This document shows positions 9,450-18,898 of a DNA stretch of 64,000 bases, one piece after another. The notes under the pieces were generated by a model. That model was given only the letters and a program-made list of their open reading frames with translations, did no database searches and was not told the origin of the DNA. The stretch is from the NCBI GenBank assembly GCA_964456235.1, contig CAYWDX010000001.1, positions 125,935-189,934 on the forward strand, given 5' to 3'. The stretch's first letter is position 1; every line of letters begins with the position of its first letter. Both the position numbers and the translations under genes were made by a program. The stretch comes from an uncultured Candidatus Saccharibacteria bacterium. Its GTDB lineage: Bacteria; Patescibacteriota; Minisyncoccia; UBA6257; 2-01-FULL-56-20.

Positions 9450-9971
9450 CTATCCTCGCGAAAATACCCTGCCGTGGGCTGTCAACGTATACCCATTCGC
9501 ATTGCTCACCAGGTCAAAAGTGTCAACCGCTATGAGAAATCCGGACGATTCAGTTTCCGCATCTTTGAGGAATGCAACGAGGTTCGCTGCGGAGCCGCTT
9601 GCCGTGATGGTGAAGCCGTCGCTCGCTGGCACATTGGCAGTCGTCGGAGCATTCACGCCCGTGAATGCGGCGGTGGCGGCAACACTATGGGACAGTCCGA
9701 CCCCAGTGACCCAGTCCGGGAAGCCGATGAGGCTGTCGTGCGATGGCAATAATTTTTGCATCGCCGCAAGATAGGGCATCGTGGTCGAAGCATCATTTTT
9801 TAAAACGGCGAGCTGGCTCACGATTGAATTTTGCTGGTCAATAAACGATTTATCCGAAATAATTTTGTCGCTTTGCGCCGCCAGGTCGCTTGAAAAGGAA
9901 TAAGCGCCGAACGACACGCCGGCGATTGCAATGACAATGACACACAGACCCACGATCCACTCCCGCTTCAT
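9450..9971 (-). CDS. hypothetical membrane-anchored protein (possibly PilO/GspM-like pilus or secretion accessory)
   Basis: N-terminal TM (WIVGLCVIVIAIAGVSF) then ~150 aa extracytoplasmic domain; PilO-like topology only, no diagnostic motif. Confidence 0.45.
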   Translation of the reverse strand: MKREWIVGLCVIVIAIAGVSFGAYSFSSDLAAQSDKIISDKSFIDQQNSIVSQLAVLKNDASTTMPYLAAMQKLLPSHDSLIGFPDWVTGVGLSHSVAATAAFTGVNAPTTANVPASDGFTITASGSAANLVAFLKDAETESSGFLIAVDTFDLVSNANGYTLTAHGRVFSRG

Positions 9972-10049
9972 ATGTTCATTGTAACATTTAGATTAAAATT
10001 TGATTAAGCACTGCTTGTGTTTTTGCGCGCGCTCGGCTAGGGATGAATT

Positions 10050-11087
10050 ATGCACGAATCTTTTTTCTACAACGCGCTCGCCAGTGCGGTAGACGGCGAT
10101 CGGAGAACATTAATCGGCATTAAGAAAAAATGTGGGTCATGGGAACGGGCCTATGCCCTGCACCGAACCATACGGCGCCCCGACGATGCATTCACCGTGC
10201 CGGACGCAGAAAAAGCATGGGCGGAGCTTGAGCGTTTCGATGTTCGCCTGGTGATGGCGGGCGAGCCAGATTACCCGACCCTGCTCAAAGAAATCATCGA
10301 TCCCCCATTCGGCCTCTATATATTAGGGAGGCTCCCAAAGGAGCCGTACTTTGCCGCAGTGGGCACCCGCCGGGCAACCCCGGAAGGAACGGCCACCATG
10401 CGCAGGTTTACTGCGACGCTCGCGCGCGCCGGATTTGCGATTGTGAGTGGCCTTGCCCTTGGCATGGATGCGGCGGCTCACGAGGGCTGCCTGGAGGGAG
10501 GCGGCACAACCATTGCCGTTTTGGCTGGCGGCTTGCACGATGTTTACCCCGGCGAAAACAAAAAGTTGGCAGAAAAAATTCTCGCGCAGGGCGGCGCATT
10601 GGTGTCGGAATATCCGATCGGATCACCGCCATATCCGAGCCGCTTCATCGAGCGCAATCGGATCATCGCCGGGCTTTCTCGCGGCGCGCTGATCATGGAA
10701 ACTCCTGAAAAGTCAGGTGCGCTCGCCACGGCGCGCCTCGCGATGGAAGAAAACCGCGACGTGTTTGTGGTACCTGGCGCGATTGCGAATAAAAACTATG
10801 AAGGGTCGCATGCGCTGATCCGTCAAGGGGCGGAGCTCGTGACGTCGCCCGAGCAAATTTTAGAATCGTATGGGATTATGCCGCGGGAAAATATAGATCG
10901 CGTAATCATCGATGCATCATCCGAAGAAAAGCAGGTTTTAAAAGCCCTGCGCGATACTCGCGCCCCACTCGACGTTGACAAAATTTTGGCGGCGACTAAA
11001 CTGGAACCCCAAACCGTGAACCGGACGCTCGCGTTCCTTCTTTCTAAAGATTTGATTAAAGAGCGCAACGGCAGGTATACAATATAA
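10050..11087 (+). CDS. dprA: DNA-processing protein DprA (Smf)
   Basis: Rossmann-like core GLALGMDAAAHEGCLEGGGTTIAVLAGGLHDVYP...RNRIIAGLS...VVPG; C-terminal winged-helix-like tail. Confidence 0.88.
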   Translation: MHESFFYNALASAVDGDRRTLIGIKKKCGSWERAYALHRTIRRPDDAFTVPDAEKAWAELERFDVRLVMAGEPDYPTLLKEIIDPPFGLYILGRLPKEPYFAAVGTRRATPEGTATMRRFTATLARAGFAIVSGLALGMDAAAHEGCLEGGGTTIAVLAGGLHDVYPGENKKLAEKILAQGGALVSEYPIGSPPYPSRFIERNRIIAGLSRGALIMETPEKSGALATARLAMEENRDVFVVPGAIANKNYEGSHALIRQGAELVTSPEQILESYGIMPRENIDRVIIDASSEEKQVLKALRDTRAPLDVDKILAATKLEPQTVNRTLAFLLSKDLIKERNGRYTI

Positions 11088-11093
11088 AACACT

Positions 11094-13331
11094 ATGGAAC
11101 TGGTAATCGTTGAGTCCCCCACCAAAGCGAAAACCATCGGGAAATTCATCGGAAAAGAGTTTACGGTGGAATCTTCCTACGGTCACGTGCGCGACCTGCC
11201 GAAAAGCAAGGTTGGCATTGATGTTGAACACGATTTTGAGCCGCAATACGTAATTCCGAACAAGGCGAAACCCGTGGTAGCAAACTTGAAAAAGCTGGCC
11301 GCCGATGCGGATGGCGTGATTCTCGCGACCGATGAAGACCGCGAAGGCGAAGCGATCGCGTGGCACCTAGTCACCGCGCTCGGGCTCGAGAAGCACCGCG
11401 AAAAAATCCAGCGCATCGCTTTCCACGAAATTACCGAGTCGGCGATCAAGAAGGCGTTGCAGAACCCGCGCGAGCTTGACCTAAACCTGGTTGACGCGCA
11501 GCAGGCGCGGCGCGTGCTCGATCGCCTGGTGGGCTATGGCTTGTCGCCATTTTTGTGGCGCAAGGTCCGCTACGGACTCTCGGCCGGGCGCGTACAGTCG
11601 GTCGCGGTGCGCCTCGTCGTCGAGCGCGAGCGGCAGATCCAAAAATTTAAGCAGGAAGAATATTGGATGATCGAAGCAAATTTTGCACAAGCCGGAAAAA
11701 CGGCCACGTTCCCCGCCACGCTCATTTCAATCGGAGGGAAATCGCTTGGCAAAATGGAGATTTCGAGCGGGCGCAAGGCAAAAGAAATAATAGAGGGGCT
11801 GAAGGGCGCAAATTACCACGTCGCGAATATTGCCGTCAAAGAAGTGCGGCGGAACCCGGCCGCTCCGTTCACCACCTCCACCTTGCAGCAGGAAGCCGCG
11901 AGGAAGCTGGGCTATTCTGCAAAACAAACCATGGTGGTCGCGCAGAAATTGTACGAGCGCGGGTTCATCACCTATATGAGAACCGACAGCGTCCATCTCG
12001 CGGAGACGGCGCTCGCAAGCGCGCGCGACGTGATCGGCGCAGAATTTGGAAAAGAGTATGCGCTCCCCGAACCGCGGCGCTATGCAACGAAGAGCAAGGG
12101 CGCGCAGGAAGCGCACGAGGCGATCCGTCCAACCGATTTGCGCGCGACGTCCGGCCACGCCCTCGGCATCAAAGAACGCAACGATCTTCGCCTCTATGAT
12201 TTGATTTGGAAGCGGACGATCGCGTCGCAAATGAAAGAAGCTCTTCTCGAACAGACGGCGGTGGACATCGAGGCGGAGACGGCGAAAAAAGAAATTTTCC
12301 GCGCGAACGGGCAGGTGGTGAAATTTGACGGATTCATCCGCGCATATACCGAAGGCCGCGACGAAGAAGACAAGGCGGGCGGCGAATTGGAAGGCGAATT
12401 GCCTAAATTGGCGGAGGGCGCGAAGCTTGCTGCAAAAGAGGTCAAGCCGATCCAGCACTTCACGGAGCCTCCCCCGCGCTACACCGATGCGACGCTCGTA
12501 AAGGCACTCGAAACCGAGGGTATCGGGCGGCCGTCAACGTATGCACCGACGCTTTCGACCATCCAGGATCGCGGCTACGTGGAAAAAGTTGATAAAAAAT
12601 ACCATCCAACCGACATTGGTTTTGTGGTCAACGATTTGCTCGTCGAAAATTTCCCCGAGATTGTCGACCTTAAATTTACTTCCGAAGTTGAGAAGGAACT
12701 CGACGATGTGGCCGAAGGAAAAATGAAATGGACTGACCTCTGCCGCTCGTTCTACACGCCGTTCAAGAAAGAACTTGATGAAAAGGAGGCGTCGGTCGAA
12801 AAGCAGGTTGAAATTTCGACGACGCCGTGCCCGCATTGCGAAAAACCGATGGTGATCAAATTCGGACGCATGGGCAAATTTCTCGCCTGCCCCGATCCGG
12901 CGGTCAAGGTGACGCTCCCGATGCCGGAAGAAGCCGCCAAAATCCGCGAGCTCGAAGAAAAAACGCGCGACGAGCGCTGCCCGATTTGCGGCAAGCCCAT
13001 GAAAGTGCGGCGCGGGCGCTTCGGTTTCTTTTTGGGATGCACCGATTATCCGAACTGCAAAGGCGTCGCAAAAATTTGGGACAAAACCGGATTCAAATGT
13101 CCGGCCTGCGGCGACAATCCGCTCCGCAACGCGAACCCTGGCGACATTGTCTTGAAAAAATCGCGTGGGCGCGGGAAACCGTTCTACGCCTGCACGCGCT
13201 ACCCCGATTGCACCTTTGTGATGAATAAAAAACCAGAAAGTGACGAAGAACTTGCCGAGGCATATAAAAAGTGGAAAGAAAATCCGCCGAAGCCCAAGAT
13301 TGCTAAAAAGAAAAAGATGGAGGAAGCATAG
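11094..13331 (+). CDS. topA: DNA topoisomerase I
   Basis: Toprim N-terminus LVIVESPTKAKTIGKF...YGHVRDLP; multiple C-terminal C4 zinc ribbons; Lys-rich tail; conserved dprA-topA linkage. Confidence 0.95.
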   Translation: MELVIVESPTKAKTIGKFIGKEFTVESSYGHVRDLPKSKVGIDVEHDFEPQYVIPNKAKPVVANLKKLAADADGVILATDEDREGEAIAWHLVTALGLEKHREKIQRIAFHEITESAIKKALQNPRELDLNLVDAQQARRVLDRLVGYGLSPFLWRKVRYGLSAGRVQSVAVRLVVERERQIQKFKQEEYWMIEANFAQAGKTATFPATLISIGGKSLGKMEISSGRKAKEIIEGLKGANYHVANIAVKEVRRNPAAPFTTSTLQQEAARKLGYSAKQTMVVAQKLYERGFITYMRTDSVHLAETALASARDVIGAEFGKEYALPEPRRYATKSKGAQEAHEAIRPTDLRATSGHALGIKERNDLRLYDLIWKRTIASQMKEALLEQTAVDIEAETAKKEIFRANGQVVKFDGFIRAYTEGRDEEDKAGGELEGELPKLAEGAKLAAKEVKPIQHFTEPPPRYTDATLVKALETEGIGRPSTYAPTLSTIQDRGYVEKVDKKYHPTDIGFVVNDLLVENFPEIVDLKFTSEVEKELDDVAEGKMKWTDLCRSFYTPFKKELDEKEASVEKQVEISTTPCPHCEKPMVIKFGRMGKFLACPDPAVKVTLPMPEEAAKIRELEEKTRDERCPICGKPMKVRRGRFGFFLGCTDYPNCKGVAKIWDKTGFKCPACGDNPLRNANPGDIVLKKSRGRGKPFYACTRYPDCTFVMNKKPESDEELAEAYKKWKENPPKPKIAKKKKMEEA

Positions 13332-13364
13332 CTTGTTTCCTCGCGGGGACAGGGCTAGGATTGA

Positions 13365-14864
13365 ATGATGGCGGCCGCTCCTATTCTCGACAACCTCATC
13401 GAAAAAGAACCGAATGGCTTGGTTGCTCAAGCGTTTGCGTTTTCAGAAAAAGCGCACGTCGCACAGGCGCGGCGGTCGGGCGAACCCTACTTCCACCATC
13501 TCCTCGAAACCGCCGAGACGCTCGCCGAATGGAAAATGGATGACGTGACGATCGCGGCGGGACTCCTCCACGACAGCGTCGAAGATACCGGCGTCCCCCT
13601 CGCTGCAATCAAAAAAGAATTTGGCGAAGATGTTTCATCGCTCGTCGACGGCGTGACGAAGCTCGGCCACCTGAAATATCGCGGCGCGGCCGAGAAGGCG
13701 GAGAACATGCGCAAAATGATCCTCGCCCTTTCGGAAGATTTGCGCGTGGTGTTCATTAAACTTGCGGACCGGCTCCACAATATGAAAACGCTCGCGGCGC
13801 TGCCTCCCGAAAAACAAAAGCGGGTGGCGCTCGAGACGGATGAGATCTATGCATCCCTCGCCTATCGGCTCGGGATGCACGGTTTGAGCGGCGAGCTGCA
13901 GGACCTCGCGCTGCCGTATCTGCATCCAAAAGAATACGATTGGCTTTTAAAGACGACGAAGGAACACTACGACGAGCGTTTGCAATATTTGAAAAAAGTG
14001 AAGCCGGCGCTCATGCGCCTCCTCGTGAAACACGACTTGAAGCCGGTCGCGATCGAAATCCGCGCCAAGCGCTACGCCAGTTTGTACAAAAAATTACTGC
14101 GGCGCGACATGGACATCAATAAAATACACGATCTCGTCGCGATGCGCGTGATTTTTGATGGCATCCCCGCCTGTTATGCGGCGCTCGGCGTGATACACGA
14201 AGCGTGGCCGCCCGTCCCCCATCGCATCAAAGATTATATCGCGATCCCCAAGCCGAACGGCTATCGCAGCTTGCACACGACGGTTGCAGGGCCGGGCCAT
14301 AAAACCGTTGAGATCCAAATCAAAACCGCGGCGATGCTCCAGGAAAACGAGTACGGCGTGGCGGCACACTGGCTGTACGACCGGAAGCGGCGCGGCGAGC
14401 CGATCCATTATCGTGGCAAGCGGCTCGCGAAAGAACTGGAGTGGGTCCAACAGCTTGCCGACTGGCAAAAACATTTTGAGAAGCGCGCGGAGAATCCCGA
14501 AGAATTTTTGGAAGCGATGAAAGTGAATTTTTTCACTGATCGTATTTTTGCCGTGACGCCGCGGGGCGACGCTATTGATTTGCCGGTTGGCGCAACGCCG
14601 GTTGACTTTGCGTATCACGTGCACACGGCGATCGGTAACGGCGCGGTCGGCGCGAAAGTGAACGGTACGATCGTGCCGCTCCAGCACCGATTGAAATCCG
14701 GCGACGTCGTCGAGATCCTCGTACAAAAAGGGAAGAAGCCGTCCGAAGACTGGCTCCATTTTGTGAAAACGCACATCGCGCGCGACCACATCCGCCAGGC
14801 GTTGCGCGCGCGGCGGTTGTTCGCGCGCGGTGCAGAATTTTTTAGCCGGAGGATCAGAAAGTAA
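13365..14864 (+). CDS. rel: short bifunctional (p)ppGpp synthetase/hydrolase Rel (HD + RelA/SpoT synthetase + TGS; no ACT/RIS C-terminal region)
   Basis: HD motif HHLLETAE...LLHDSVEDT; synthetase motif DLVAMRVIF; TGS-like FAVTPRGDAIDLPVGATPVDFAYHVHTAIG; only 499 aa. Confidence 0.9.
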   Translation: MMAAAPILDNLIEKEPNGLVAQAFAFSEKAHVAQARRSGEPYFHHLLETAETLAEWKMDDVTIAAGLLHDSVEDTGVPLAAIKKEFGEDVSSLVDGVTKLGHLKYRGAAEKAENMRKMILALSEDLRVVFIKLADRLHNMKTLAALPPEKQKRVALETDEIYASLAYRLGMHGLSGELQDLALPYLHPKEYDWLLKTTKEHYDERLQYLKKVKPALMRLLVKHDLKPVAIEIRAKRYASLYKKLLRRDMDINKIHDLVAMRVIFDGIPACYAALGVIHEAWPPVPHRIKDYIAIPKPNGYRSLHTTVAGPGHKTVEIQIKTAAMLQENEYGVAAHWLYDRKRRGEPIHYRGKRLAKELEWVQQLADWQKHFEKRAENPEEFLEAMKVNFFTDRIFAVTPRGDAIDLPVGATPVDFAYHVHTAIGNGAVGAKVNGTIVPLQHRLKSGDVVEILVQKGKKPSEDWLHFVKTHIARDHIRQALRARRLFARGAEFFSRRIRK

Positions 14865-14868
14865 AGCG

Positions 14869-15927
14869 CTACAGTTCCCCCTTCCCCAGCCGCTGCATAA
14901 TGCCGCGCAATTCTTCTTCGGAATAAAATGTGATCGTGATCGATCCTTTCGCCTGGCCCTGGTAGATTTCCACCGGCGCACCGAGGTCCATGCTCAACGT
15001 GTCTTGCATCGCTCGCAATTCTGGCGGCAATTTTTCTTCACTCTTCGGCGGACGCCCCCGACGCGGCGTGCCATCCTCGGCGTGCGCCGGAGCCATCCCA
15101 CGATCCACGCGTTCTTTTGCTTCGCGAATCGTCAAATGGTTATGCACGATATCTTCAAAAAGATGTTTTTGCGCGGCCGGTTCCTGGATCGCCAGCAAGA
15201 GGCGCGCGTGGCTCTCCGAGAGCTGCTGATGCTCGACAGCCGCGCGAATATATTCTGGCAGATCAAGCAAGCGCATCGTGTTCGCGACGCTTTCACGCGA
15301 CTTCCCAAGTTTTGCGGCGATTTCGCGCTGCGTCATGCGAAATTCTTCCTGGAGGCGCTGGAACGCGCGCGCCGTCTCGATCGCGTTCAAGTTTTCACGC
15401 TGGATATTTTCAATAACGGCGAGCTCGAGTTTCTCCCGTTCAAGATTTACGTTGCGGATGATCGCCGGAACGCGGGCGAGGCCGAGCGATTTCGCCGCGA
15501 GCAAGCGCCGCTCCCCCGCGATGAGTTCGTATCCGACGTCAATGCCGGTCGGCGATTCCTTTTCAACTTTCGTAACCACGATTGGCTGCAAAATCCCGAA
15601 TTCGCGAATTGAATTTGCGAGATCGCGGAGCGCTGCCTCGTCGAACATGCGCCGTGGCTGCCCGGGATTTGGCGCGATCTTATCTACTTCAATTTGGAAA
15701 ATTGATTCTTGGGTTGGCGGGTCGGCTGGGCGACTGACGACTGCTGGCGCAGGCTTTGAAACCGGTTGGGCCGGCTGCGGCTGCGTCGGCTGCGATTGAA
15801 CTGCTTGGGGCTGCTGCGGCTGTGTTGTTTGCGGCGGGGCGGACTGCGCCGGCGGCGCACTATTCTGATCGCCACTATTGCTACTTCCCTTCTGCGGAAT
15901 CAGCGATTCGAGTCCTTTCCCGAGCAT
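14869..15927 (-). CDS. parB: chromosome partitioning protein ParB (Spo0J) with Pro/Gln-rich N-terminal linker
   Basis: LGKGLESLIPQ box, ParB nuclease-like domain IAGERRLLAAKSLG, HTH TQREIAAKLGKSRESVANTMRLL; immediately downstream of parA. Confidence 0.88.
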   Translation of the reverse strand: MLGKGLESLIPQKGSSNSGDQNSAPPAQSAPPQTTQPQQPQAVQSQPTQPQPAQPVSKPAPAVVSRPADPPTQESIFQIEVDKIAPNPGQPRRMFDEAALRDLANSIREFGILQPIVVTKVEKESPTGIDVGYELIAGERRLLAAKSLGLARVPAIIRNVNLEREKLELAVIENIQRENLNAIETARAFQRLQEEFRMTQREIAAKLGKSRESVANTMRLLDLPEYIRAAVEHQQLSESHARLLLAIQEPAAQKHLFEDIVHNHLTIREAKERVDRGMAPAHAEDGTPRRGRPPKSEEKLPPELRAMQDTLSMDLGAPVEIYQGQAKGSITITFYSEEELRGIMQRLGKGEL

Positions 15928-15943
15928 GGCGGCGAAAAATTAA

Positions 15944-16762
15944 CTAAATATTAAAATTCCCGAAATTCTCGCTCGCGACGACCTCGCGGGGCGCTGTCAA
16001 TTGTTCCTCCTGCGCCAACACTTCACGCGCGAGCGCCGCATAGGCGCGAGCGCCCGGCGAGTCCGGCCGGTAGAGCATGATCGGCTTCGAAAAGCTCGGG
16101 GCTTCGGCCAGCGCGACGGCGCGGGGAATCTCCACGGAAAAAACGTGGTGCGGAAAATGCTCGCGGATGTTTTTCGCCACCTCCCTGCCCAGCCGCTCGC
16201 GGGCGTCAAGCATCGTGATGAGCGCCCCCGTCACGCGGATCGGGTGGTTCAAGTTTGCGCGGATCAGTCCAATCGTTTCCAAAAGCTGGCCCAGCCCTTC
16301 CAAGCTGTAATATTCTGTCTGAACCGGAATCAAAACCTCGTCGGCGGCCATGAGGCCGTTCACCGTAAGCAAACTTAAGCTGGGCGGAAGGTCAATCAGA
16401 ATGTAATCGTACTCGTGGCGTAGGCGGTTGATGAATTTCCTCAAAAAATATTCCCGATCAGGAGCATCGACAAGTTCGACGAGCGCGCCCGCAAGGTGCG
16501 GGGCAGCCGGTGCGAGTTGAAAGTTGTATATAATAGTGGGCCTCACAATTTCGCTATGCGAAGCCGCGCCCAAAATGCCATGATAGACGCTCACCGGGCT
16601 CTTGATGTCGTGCCCGAGCGCGGAACTTGCGTTTGCTTGCGGATCAAAATCCACGAGGAGTACCCGGCGCCCGGCGGCGGCGAGGTAGCTGCCCAAATTT
16701 ACTGAAGTCGTCGTCTTCCCGACGCCTCCTTTTTGGTTGCAAATCGCGATCACCCGCGCCAT
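15944..16762 (-). CDS. parA: chromosome partitioning ATPase ParA (Soj)
   Basis: Deviant Walker A VIAICNQKGGVGKTTTSVNL; 272 aa. Confidence 0.93.
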   Translation of the reverse strand: MARVIAICNQKGGVGKTTTSVNLGSYLAAAGRRVLLVDFDPQANASSALGHDIKSPVSVYHGILGAASHSEIVRPTIIYNFQLAPAAPHLAGALVELVDAPDREYFLRKFINRLRHEYDYILIDLPPSLSLLTVNGLMAADEVLIPVQTEYYSLEGLGQLLETIGLIRANLNHPIRVTGALITMLDARERLGREVAKNIREHFPHHVFSVEIPRAVALAEAPSFSKPIMLYRPDSPGARAYAALAREVLAQEEQLTAPREVVASENFGNFNI

Positions 16763-16835
16763 ATGCCTTGATTTTACCTTGATAAATCACTATTATCAAT
16801 TCGCAATGGCGCGTTCGTTGGTTCGCGCCGCGTGC

Positions 16836-16918
16836 GCCCGGGTGGCGGAATGGCAGACGCGTTGGACTCAAAATCCAATGATCGCAAGGTCGTGAGGGTT
16901 CGACTCCCTCCCCGGGCA
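16836..16918 (+). tRNA. tRNA-Leu (anticodon CAA)
   Basis: GCCCGGGTGGCGGAATGGCAGACGCGTTGGACTCAAAATCCAATGATCGCAAGGTCGTGAGGGTTCGACTCCCTCCCCGGGCA; long variable arm, anticodon loop CTCAAAA. Confidence 0.85.
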
Positions 16919-16988
16919 CGATAATAAAAAAGGGACCGAAATCATCGATCCCCTGGCCACGTTGCGGTAATGCTGCCGCAAAGAATGG

Positions 16989-17291
16989 CTAGACAAGCAA
17001 GGCGGTTGCTCGTTCGCGCAGCGTTGATTCTATTTTGCCTTTGAAGGGCAACGCGGCAAAAGGCAGCCTGCTCTCAAGAGCAATCTCCGAATCTCTCACG
17101 GTGAGCGTTCCGGAAACCGAGAAACCCATCGCAGAAAAACTGAATGTGCCAGTATTACCGTTCCAGCTTTCCCGGAGGTCGCTGATCTTGTCGGCGAACT
17201 GCGTTTTGACCTGGCTGAGAAGACTCTTGATGCGAGTGAGCGCCTCGTCCTGAGGAAGACGATGGGAAACGGATATGTTCAAACTTGGCAT
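16989..17291 (-). CDS. PHA_gran_rgn-like small protein (putative polyhydroxyalkanoic-acid-system family; function unknown)
   Basis: From internal ATG (MPSLNISVSHRLPQDEALTRIKSLL...FSFSAMGFSVSGTLTV...LPFKGKIESTLRE) the pattern resembles the ~90-100 aa PHA_gran_rgn family; the ORF-track start at 17348 is probably too far upstream. Confidence 0.45.
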   Translation of the reverse strand: MPSLNISVSHRLPQDEALTRIKSLLSQVKTQFADKISDLRESWNGNTGTFSFSAMGFSVSGTLTVRDSEIALESRLPFAALPFKGKIESTLRERATALLV

Positions 17292-17439
17292 TTCCTCTGA
17301 TCTCCTTATGCTGTGACAAGATACATAAGCACCGGCATATGCTAGCATTTATATGCATTATATTCAACAGGGGTTTGACTCTACAAAGGTCAAGGGTGCA
17401 TAGCAAAAAAAGCGGCACCCATGCTGCTGGTAAGTCCGT

Positions 17440-18096
17440 TCAGATTTTTCCTTCTCGATATGCCGGCATCCCGAATAATTCGCTAATTTTTACAAATTCC
17501 AAGCCCTTCGCGCGAGCAGCCTTAATGATAGAAGGCAGGATCGCAATCGTATCCTTTGGCCGTTCAGAATCAATTTTGAGGTCATGTCCGTCATGAAGCA
17601 GGATGATTGCTCCATTCCTTAATTTTTCGGCGATCTCTTTTATCTGTGCCTCTTGCGAGCGGTTGACGCGTGAATAAGCTGATGCCAGTATTGGAATCAA
17701 ATCGAGCTGTTTTAAAATTTTGTCGGTGCCCATGTTAAACGCCAGCTCTGGCGATGGGCGAAAAAAATGGGGATACACTCCGAGCATGTCATAAATTGTA
17801 TTTAATGAATTTTTAACTTTTTCATCAGATGCTTTCTGCCAGAATGATTTCCATTTGGAAAAAATTTCGTCTTGATGAGCGTGCCCTCCGATTTCATGAC
17901 CTTCATCAATGATGCGCTTCACGACCGCCGGCAACTTGCGCATATTGTCAGGAATCAAGAAAAAAGTTGCTTTTATCGAATGTTTCTGAAGAATATCAAG
18001 GATTTCGTCTGTCCATAACGAAGGCCCGTCGTCAAGAGTAAGAGAAATTCGAGGGAGATCTTTGGGCCCGCGACGATATTTGATCAGATACCGCAT
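17440..18096 (-). CDS. polysaccharide deacetylase (NodB homology domain)
   Basis: LTLDDGPS...TFFLI and HAHQDE His-motifs of the CE4 family. Confidence 0.85.
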   Translation of the reverse strand: MRYLIKYRRGPKDLPRISLTLDDGPSLWTDEILDILQKHSIKATFFLIPDNMRKLPAVVKRIIDEGHEIGGHAHQDEIFSKWKSFWQKASDEKVKNSLNTIYDMLGVYPHFFRPSPELAFNMGTDKILKQLDLIPILASAYSRVNRSQEAQIKEIAEKLRNGAIILLHDGHDLKIDSERPKDTIAILPSIIKAARAKGLEFVKISELFGMPAYREGKI

Positions 18097-18127
18097 ATCA
18101 TGATGGTAGCATCTCCTTTGGCGATCA

Positions 18128-18158
18128 CGAAAAATAAAACCTGCCGCGAGGGCAGGTT
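18128..18158 (-). terminator. rho-independent terminator (minus strand)
   Basis: Stem AACCTGCC-GCGAG-GGCAGGTT (18138-18158) followed on the minus strand by TTTATTTTT. Confidence 0.5.
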
Positions 18159-18368
18159 CTATTCCAAGATCAAATTATGATCTAGCGGCGAGAGCGCTTG
18201 CGAGAGTGCTTCTTAGATTTCTTCGCCTTCTTCTTGGATGCTTTCCGTTTTTTCATTATATTCGTATCGATGAGATTGTTTTCGACCTTTCTTGAACGAC
18301 AAAGTAAGTTCGTTCGTTATAAATTTATTGTAGCATATTGATTTTTCGGCAACGGTGGATAACGGCGG

Positions 18369-18452
18369 TGCCCGGGGTGGGAGTCGAACCCACAAACCCT
18401 TTCGGGTTAAGGATTTTAAGTCCTCTGCGTATACCAATTCCGCCACCCGGGC
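18369..18452 (-). tRNA. tRNA-Leu (anticodon UAA)
   Basis: Sense GCCCGGGTGGCGGAATTGGTATACGCAGAGGACTTAAAATCCTTAACCCGAAAGGGTTTGTGGGTTCGACTCCCACCCCGGGCA; long variable arm; acceptor stem identical to tRNA-Leu(CAA). Confidence 0.85.
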
Positions 18453-18531
18453 AGTTTTCAATTCGCATCCTAACGTTAAACGAAAACCAGCTCGGCCGCA
18501 ACGGCCGAGCTGGTGGTTATCTGATGGTTGG

Positions 18532-18738
18532 TTAGCCGCTCCAGTTATTCTCCTCGATTGCAAGAGTGCGTGACTTCCGCTGGGCGACAAATCCACGAGA
18601 GCCGTCCACGAGAAAAACATCGAACCGGCGCGGATCGACGTCCAGCTCGGAGAGCCTAGGATTGTCGCCGCAAACTTCGAAGTGGCCGTTCACGCGCCTA
18701 ACCGGAACCTGCATGTCGAACGGAGGATTGAATTTCAT
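18532..18738 (-). CDS. small hypothetical protein (68 aa) between tRNA genes
   Basis: Perfect AGGAGG SD 6 nt upstream of the second in-frame ATG (MKFNPPFDMQVPVRR...); no recognisable domain. Confidence 0.45.
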   Translation of the reverse strand: MKFNPPFDMQVPVRRVNGHFEVCGDNPRLSELDVDPRRFDVFLVDGSRGFVAQRKSRTLAIEENNWSG

Positions 18739-18780
18739 GGCCATCCTCCTACTATTATTAAGTTTATCAAATCGATGCGG

Positions 18781-18852
18781 AGGCCTGGGCGGGAATCGAA
18801 CCCGCGTATAAGAGTTTTGCAGACCCTTGCTTTACCACTTAGCAACCAGGCC
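18781..18852 (-). tRNA. tRNA-Cys (anticodon GCA)
   Basis: Sense GGCCTGGTTGCTAAGTGGTAAAGCAAGGGTCTGCAAAACTCTTATACGCGGGTTCGATTCCCGCCCAGGCCT. Confidence 0.85.
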
Positions 18853-18898
18853 GTTTGCTCCTATCTTACGCAAGACGCGCAGCTTTATCAAACCGCTA

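Noticed and set aside
17349-17440. Possible terminator GGGTGC...GCACCC between the PHA-like gene and the deacetylase gene
   Set aside because: The stem would enclose a 16-nt A-rich loop and lacks a convincing T-tract on the relevant strand. Too weak to call.
18213-18620. 135-aa ORF overlapping tRNA-Leu(UAA)
   Set aside because: It spans a complete, well-formed tRNA gene on the same strand and has no SD or domain. It is a spurious long frame.
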